The notes beneath the pieces were generated by a model. That model had not been told where the DNA came from. It did not search any database and worked only from the letters and a program-made list of their open reading frames with translations. A stretch of 64,000 bases of DNA from an uncultured Roseburia sp. (GTDB lineage: Bacteria; Bacillota; Clostridia; Lachnospirales; Lachnospiraceae): NCBI GenBank assembly GCA_900539115.1, contig UQAQ01000001.1, positions 21,368 through 85,367 of the forward strand, given 5' to 3'. The translations under genes and the position numbers were made by a program. Positions 58,953 to 64,000 of the stretch are shown piece by piece. The number at the start of each line of letters is the position of its first letter. Within the stretch, counting starts at the first letter, position 1.

Positions 58953-60464
58953 ATGAAGAAAAAAATAGGCATGGTAGTTTTTGTGCTCATAATTATAAAT
59001 GTTCTAGCTGTTATTTTATTTACGATGCATAAAGAGACTACAAAAGTAGAAAAAACAGATACTGCAAGTAAGCAGGAAATGGTAAAAAATGAGGGCAAAG
59101 CATATGCAAGTCAATATCAGCTGCAAGTATCGCTGGATACTCAAAATAAAGTCCTTTCCGGAACCGTTTGTGCAACACTTAAAAATGCAACAGACGAGGA
59201 TTTAAAAAAGATTTGTGTGCGGAACTGGGCGGCAGCCATATTAAAAGGGAAAAAGTTTAAAACAGAGATCAGTTCGGCAAAAATTGGGAAAGAAAATTTG
59301 CAGATTGATAAAAAAGAGGACGCGTCTATTGTCTATTTATCTGCTGCAAACCGAATAATAGCGCCGGCTCGCAGTAATGCAAAAGTGGAAATTTCATTCC
59401 GAACGGAGATCCCAAAACAGAAAAATCGTTTTGGTTATGTTCTTTTTGATGGACACGAAATGTATCAACTTTCATTTTGCTTTCCAAGCATCTCTTTATA
59501 CCAAAACGGACAATGGAATGAAAATCCATATATGGGGGACAACGATGAAACGTATGTCAATGAGGCAGCAGATTATGATGTTACATTTTTGCATCCGAAA
59601 AACTATACCGTTGCGGCTGCCGGGACGGAGCATTCTATGCAAGACGGAACGAGGATTACCGGCAAAAATCTGAGAGAATTTGCAGCGGTTGTGTCGGATG
59701 ACTTTTGTCGTCTGGATGCCAATGAGGGGAAAACCACCATTTCCATTCTGGCTCCTGATTATAAGAAAAATCAGAAGTATTACAAATATTCTCTGCAGCT
59801 TGCCAAAGAGGCGGTCCGTGTTTTTTCGGAAAAAATAGGAGAGTACCCATTTACGGAATTGAAAATTGTGCATTGTTTCTTTGATGGCGCAATGGAATAT
59901 CCGGGGCTTTGCATGATCGGCATGCCGGATGTGAAAGAATTCCGCAATATTGATAAAAATTCTTTTGGAAAATTGGAATCACATGTGCCGCATGAAATCG
60001 CCCACCAGTGGTTTTATGCGGCAATCGGCAACGATTCTTATAAGGAACCGTGGCTCGACGAAGGCTTTAGTGAGTTTTGCGAAGATATTTTATTTCCCTA
60101 TTTTGCTAATAAAAAACTGCAGAAAACGTTGTGGGGAAATAAATACAATTCCCGTAAAGACATGGATAAATGGTTCCGGAAAATCGTTATTCCTCAGTCC
60201 ATGCGGACCAAACCGATCAATCGGAAAGTAAGTGATTATCAGGAAACATCGGATGAATATTCGACCTGTGTTTATGAGGGTGGCAAACTATTTTTGTATG
60301 AATTGTGGAAGGCGATGGGCGATAAAACATTTTTTGAAATGCTGCAAAAATATTATCAGATGTATCAGTTCCGGATTGCGACGACAGAGGATTTTTTAAT
60401 CATGGTTCGGGCAGTTGGAAAGGATGAGAAAGTGGAGCAGATTATTGAGCGGTATGTGGAGTAA
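58953..60464 (+). CDS. Membrane-anchored M1-family zinc metallopeptidase (gluzincin)
   Basis: HEIAHQWFY...WLDEGFSEF is the HExxH-x18-E motif of aminopeptidase-N-like enzymes. There is an N-terminal signal-anchor. It is 503 aa long. Confidence 0.7.
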   Translation: MKKKIGMVVFVLIIINVLAVILFTMHKETTKVEKTDTASKQEMVKNEGKAYASQYQLQVSLDTQNKVLSGTVCATLKNATDEDLKKICVRNWAAAILKGKKFKTEISSAKIGKENLQIDKKEDASIVYLSAANRIIAPARSNAKVEISFRTEIPKQKNRFGYVLFDGHEMYQLSFCFPSISLYQNGQWNENPYMGDNDETYVNEAADYDVTFLHPKNYTVAAAGTEHSMQDGTRITGKNLREFAAVVSDDFCRLDANEGKTTISILAPDYKKNQKYYKYSLQLAKEAVRVFSEKIGEYPFTELKIVHCFFDGAMEYPGLCMIGMPDVKEFRNIDKNSFGKLESHVPHEIAHQWFYAAIGNDSYKEPWLDEGFSEFCEDILFPYFANKKLQKTLWGNKYNSRKDMDKWFRKIVIPQSMRTKPINRKVSDYQETSDEYSTCVYEGGKLFLYELWKAMGDKTFFEMLQKYYQMYQFRIATTEDFLIMVRAVGKDEKVEQIIERYVE

Positions 60465-60521
60465 ATGCTGATTGCAGAACAGGAAATTGTGTGATATTCT
60501 TGCTTGAAAAAGGAGAAAATC

Positions 60522-61442
60522 ATGAAGAAACAATTGGAATTAATCGAAGAGTATTTATATTATGGGAGAAAGCAGCGAAAATTAGATGAAAAAACGATCC
60601 GCGCGTATCGCATTGATTTGAAGCAGTTTTTAGAGTTTAACGGACAGGAAGAATTGGTGATGTCAAGAGAGGCAATCCGGAAATATATCCTGCATTTGCA
60701 TGATGTTTATAAGCAAAAGACAGTAAAGCGGAAGATTGCAAGTTTGAAAGCATTTTACTCGTATTTAGAGGAAGAAGAGATTATAGAAGACAGCCCAATG
60801 CGAAAGGTGCGGACGGAATTTCGTGAGGAGAAAGTTTTGCCACGTACGATTCCTTATTCTACTTTGGAAACACTGCTCAGCTATATGTATTCTTTAAAAT
60901 TACAGACAAAAAATACGGAAAGCAGAACAAAGCTGTTAAATCGCGATATTGCGGTGGTTGAAACACTTTTTGCAACGGGAATACGGATTTCGGAACTATG
61001 CAATTTACCGCAGAAAAATATTGATCTGGAGCAAGGAATATTTTGTATAAAGGGCAAGGGAAACAAGGAGCGGTATCTTCAAATAGGAACCGTTCAAGTA
61101 ATAAAGCAATTGCAGGAATATAAAAATCAATGGAAGGATGAACTGAGCCAGACAGAGTTTTTCTTCCTCAATCGTTATGGGGAGCGATATTCAGAACAAT
61201 CAGCCCGTCGTATGGTCAGACGCTATGCAGAGCACGCAATGATTGATCTTCATGTTACACCCCATATGTTTCGCCATGCATTTGCAACACTGCTTTTAGA
61301 GGAAGAAGTGGACATTCGTTTTATCCAAAAAATGTTAGGCCACGCTTCCATTACGACAACGCAGATTTATGCGGAAGTGGCGTCAAAAAAGCAGATGGAA
61401 ATATTAAGGATGAAGCATCCGAGAAATCGTATGAATATATAG
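60522..61442 (+). CDS. Tyrosine site-specific recombinase (XerC/XerD / phage-integrase family)
   Basis: The C-terminal catalytic motifs HMFRHAFATLLLEEEVDIRFIQKMLGHASITTTQIYAEV (the R..H-R-H..Y set) are present. The start was moved to the ATG at 60522, behind AGGAGA; the track ORF starts at TTG 60504. Confidence 0.85.
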   Translation: MKKQLELIEEYLYYGRKQRKLDEKTIRAYRIDLKQFLEFNGQEELVMSREAIRKYILHLHDVYKQKTVKRKIASLKAFYSYLEEEEIIEDSPMRKVRTEFREEKVLPRTIPYSTLETLLSYMYSLKLQTKNTESRTKLLNRDIAVVETLFATGIRISELCNLPQKNIDLEQGIFCIKGKGNKERYLQIGTVQVIKQLQEYKNQWKDELSQTEFFFLNRYGERYSEQSARRMVRRYAEHAMIDLHVTPHMFRHAFATLLLEEEVDIRFIQKMLGHASITTTQIYAEVASKKQMEILRMKHPRNRMNI

Positions 61443-61618
61443 GAGGGGGGAGTGATTGAAAGGATTGTTAAAAAATCAAAAACAATTTGTATAGTTACTA
61501 ATAACTTTTAATTATCAGTACCACATTCCCAAGTATCTTTCTCGTGCTTTTTTCCTTGTAATTTACCAATGATTTTTCGACAATATTTGGTAGAATATAC
61601 GGAAAGGAGGAAGATAGC

Positions 61619-62536
61619 ATGAGAAAAAAATTATGTTTGCTTGTTATGTGTATGGCCGTTTCTTTTGTGATTGCTGGGTGTGGAAATTCTTCATCAGATA
61701 AATCCGATACGAAAACATCAGAAGAAGGAAAAAACGAAAAAACTTCCAATAAATCTCAGGAAGAGGATATCCATGTAAAAGCAGTAAAACAGGGAAGCCC
61801 GAAAGCTTATCCCAATATTAAATATGGTGATGCCTTTGGTGAATTCTTTGATGAGGCAAACTGGCGGTATTTCAAAGCCAAAAAGGGACAGGACATCGTG
61901 GAATTTACAGGATATTGTACGTACAAAGAATCCCGGGTAAAGGCGCGCCTTCAGTTTGTTGTGGATATGGACAACGGCTCTTTTACACAGGGGGCATTGA
62001 GCTTTAATGATGTACCACAGGAGGATACCATCACAAGTGTTATGATTCTAAAAGCATTTGAGGATTATGCGGAGAACCATAATGTCGATGAAGAGGATGT
62101 GGATAAAAATTCATTTGAATCGGGAACGGTCACGCAGTTTGATAATTCAGAGGAGACTTCGACACCGGAACCAGAAGTGACGCCGGAACCGGAGCCTACC
62201 CCGGAAGAAGAGGTGGAAGATTCTTATGATTATTACGAGGATGAAGAGGATTCAGAAGATAATACGGATTATTACATTTTGCCAAATTCAGATACGAAAA
62301 AAGTGACAAAGGCAGATCTGAAATCATTGACAAAAGAACAGTGCCGTATTGCCCGAAATGAAATTTATGCACGACACGGCAGACGCTTTAATGATAAGGA
62401 ACTGCAGGATTATTTTGATAAACAATCCTGGTATTTTGGTTCTGTAGAGGCGGATGAATTTAGTGAAAGTGTATTGAATCCAATCGAAAAGGCAAATGCG
62501 AAGTTTATTCTTAAATATGAGAATAAATTAAAATAA
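61619..62536 (+). CDS. Lipoprotein with low-complexity acidic linker and C-terminal YARHG domain
   Basis: It has a lipobox (VIAGC), a TPEPE repeat and the YARHG motif (EIYARHGRRF). It is 305 aa long. Confidence 0.7.
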   Translation: MRKKLCLLVMCMAVSFVIAGCGNSSSDKSDTKTSEEGKNEKTSNKSQEEDIHVKAVKQGSPKAYPNIKYGDAFGEFFDEANWRYFKAKKGQDIVEFTGYCTYKESRVKARLQFVVDMDNGSFTQGALSFNDVPQEDTITSVMILKAFEDYAENHNVDEEDVDKNSFESGTVTQFDNSEETSTPEPEVTPEPEPTPEEEVEDSYDYYEDEEDSEDNTDYYILPNSDTKKVTKADLKSLTKEQCRIARNEIYARHGRRFNDKELQDYFDKQSWYFGSVEADEFSESVLNPIEKANAKFILKYENKLK

Positions 62537-62552
62537 AACGGAGGAAGTTTTT

Positions 62553-63584
62553 ATGCAGACAAATGAACAAAATAAACGTTATGTGGCGGATGAGTACCTT
62601 GGAGAGGCTACATTGTTCCGGTCATTTCTTGGCCAGCGATTAGGCTTAATGAATACCAAGGTGGCATCCTGGATCGTATTTGGAGAAGATCGATTAAAGA
62701 TTGGAACAATGCCAAATACATATCAAAAGAAAAGAGAAATCTGTTATCGGGACATTGCCTCGGTTAGTATAAAACGGTATATTAATTTATATGGAATTAT
62801 AATTATTGCGCTGTGTGCGATAGCGGCATTTTTTACAGCAGGAGTAGGACTGATCTGTGCTGCGGTTGTTTTATGGTCAGCACTTGGCTGCAAATTGGAG
62901 ATAAAAACGAGAGATGGAAATACCTACAATTACTGGAGTGTAAGTTCTCCTTCCCATTATTCGGATTTTATGAATAAACTTCAGACAATAATTTCTTGCG
63001 CACAGCAGGATCAAGAATGCTTGTCAATGGAATCAGAGACAGCGGATGTTGCTTCCCGGCTTTTTATTCAAAGAGATATGAATATGGGAAGAGGCATAAA
63101 AGAAAGCTGGGATATTATGCTTGGCTTGTTGTGCTCGGGAAAAGAAATTGATGAGATGTTTCTCCAGCTGGAGGAGAAAATCCAAGGCCAAAAAGGACTG
63201 GCTACCATGCGTTCCAATGAAAAAGTATATCAGGAAATCCAGGGCAAGGTAGCACCTTATCTGCAGCAGGATGAAGTGATTCTGTTCTGTGCAAAAACAG
63301 GACTGACATCTGCTTCGAAAAACTATATGTTATTGACCAATCGGCGAATTGCATTTTTCTATGGAAAGAATTTTTATGGTGAATATTATGAAAATATTTA
63401 CCGTTTGATGCATCTCTCGCAAGGCGCATATTGGTTTATTAATGGGCCGTTAGATCAAACGGAAGAATCATTGAACGGTGTATATTTGGATAGAGAACAA
63501 ACAGGAATTGTTCTTGCAATCATCTGTAAATATTATGAGGAGAGAAGAGCACCGGGACATAAGATTGCTATTTGCGGTCAGTAA
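62553..63584 (+). CDS. Hypothetical membrane protein with bacterial PH-like (bPH) segments
   Basis: It has a central 2-TM region. YMLLTNRRIAFFYGK resembles bPH_2/YdbT-type motifs. It is 343 aa long. Confidence 0.4.
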   Translation: MQTNEQNKRYVADEYLGEATLFRSFLGQRLGLMNTKVASWIVFGEDRLKIGTMPNTYQKKREICYRDIASVSIKRYINLYGIIIIALCAIAAFFTAGVGLICAAVVLWSALGCKLEIKTRDGNTYNYWSVSSPSHYSDFMNKLQTIISCAQQDQECLSMESETADVASRLFIQRDMNMGRGIKESWDIMLGLLCSGKEIDEMFLQLEEKIQGQKGLATMRSNEKVYQEIQGKVAPYLQQDEVILFCAKTGLTSASKNYMLLTNRRIAFFYGKNFYGEYYENIYRLMHLSQGAYWFINGPLDQTEESLNGVYLDREQTGIVLAIICKYYEERRAPGHKIAICGQ

Positions 63585-63598
63585 AGAGGAGGTATTTT

Positions 63599-64000
63599 GT
63601 GAAAAAAATAATTGCTTTAATGTTGGTAACCGTGTTATGCATTGTCAATTTGACAGCATGTGGTTCCTCTGAGGAATCAAAGCCGTCAGTCTATTCTGTG
63701 GGAGATGTACTTAACTTTTCTAACAGTAATGGTGAAGAGTATAGTGTCTGCATTACAGATTGGGGAACGAGTGTGGATGGAAGTATATTGGATATTTTTT
63801 CATTAAAAACAGTTACCTGGTTTCAATATGTGATCATGAATACCGGAGATGAAGAAGTTACGGTGTCGGATAATATTTTCAATATTTATGCGGATGATTA
63901 CAGTGTAGATACGGAATGGTCGGAAGAAGGTACTTTCCTAGAGACATTGGCTCCGGGTAAAAAAACATCCGGTAAAGTATATGCGGAAATGGATGCGGAT
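63599..64000 (+). CDS. Lipoprotein (DUF4352-like), 3'-truncated by the window end
   Basis: A GTG start lies behind AGGAGG. It has a signal peptide with a lipobox (NLTAC). The frame is open to the window end at position 64000. Confidence 0.5.
   Translation, partial: MKKIIALMLVTVLCIVNLTACGSSEESKPSVYSVGDVLNFSNSNGEEYSVCITDWGTSVDGSILDIFSLKTVTWFQYVIMNTGDEEVTVSDNIFNIYADDYSVDTEWSEEGTFLETLAPGKKTSGKVYAEMDAD

Noticed and set aside
61443-61618. att-like, near-palindromic 14-mer (agttactaataact) downstream of the recombinase
   Set aside because: It is a single imperfect palindrome in AT-rich DNA, and no matching direct repeat was found at the other islet boundary by eye. It needs a computational repeat search before it can be called att.

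Overview
This 64-kb window is a chromosomal segment from a low/mid-GC, spore-forming Firmicute. The gene content looks Clostridia-like, and a sigK/sigE-group sporulation sigma factor is present.

- **Left third (1–20.3 kb), housekeeping and sporulation.** A metY fragment, glgA, the csoR–copZ–copA copper module with a textbook CsoR operator, metE behind a long structured leader, a LysR regulator, a DUF1275 membrane protein, zupT and hflX–folA. Then a pro-sequence-less sigK that is translationally coupled to a Csp-like S8 protease, two membrane proteins of unknown function, glgP and a second intracellular S8 protease.
- **Centre (20.4–52.6 kb), one ~32-kb cell-wall glycopolymer locus.** It combines three activated-sugar pathways. 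CDP-3,6-dideoxyhexose comes from rfbF/rfbG/rfbH, a split transketolase and an SDR reductase, with no E3 gene. GDP-D-rhamnose comes from manA–manC–gmd–rmd plus a phosphohexomutase. CDP-ribitol comes from tarI/tarJ. The locus also carries GtrA/GtrB-like lipid-linked glycosylation modules, several large polytopic GT-C-like membrane proteins including a YfhO-like one, and two unusual TagF fusion enzymes. It opens with a 695-aa protein of unknown function built from two homologous ~330-aa modules.
- **Right (52.6–64 kb).** A 450-bp non-coding region holds a GC-rich 12-nt tandem repeat and a 26-bp-periodic array of nine GGTCWA direct repeats (iteron-like). It feeds into an AT-rich islet: a Lar-like zinc ribbon protein, a PHP phosphoesterase, a cytidine-deaminase-fold protein, a His-phosphatase, an acyltransferase-3 protein, a Big2 fragment, an ECF sigma/anti-sigma pair and an M1 peptidase. 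The islet ends in a tyrosine recombinase, followed by lipoproteins.

No rRNA, tRNA or CRISPR array was recognised.
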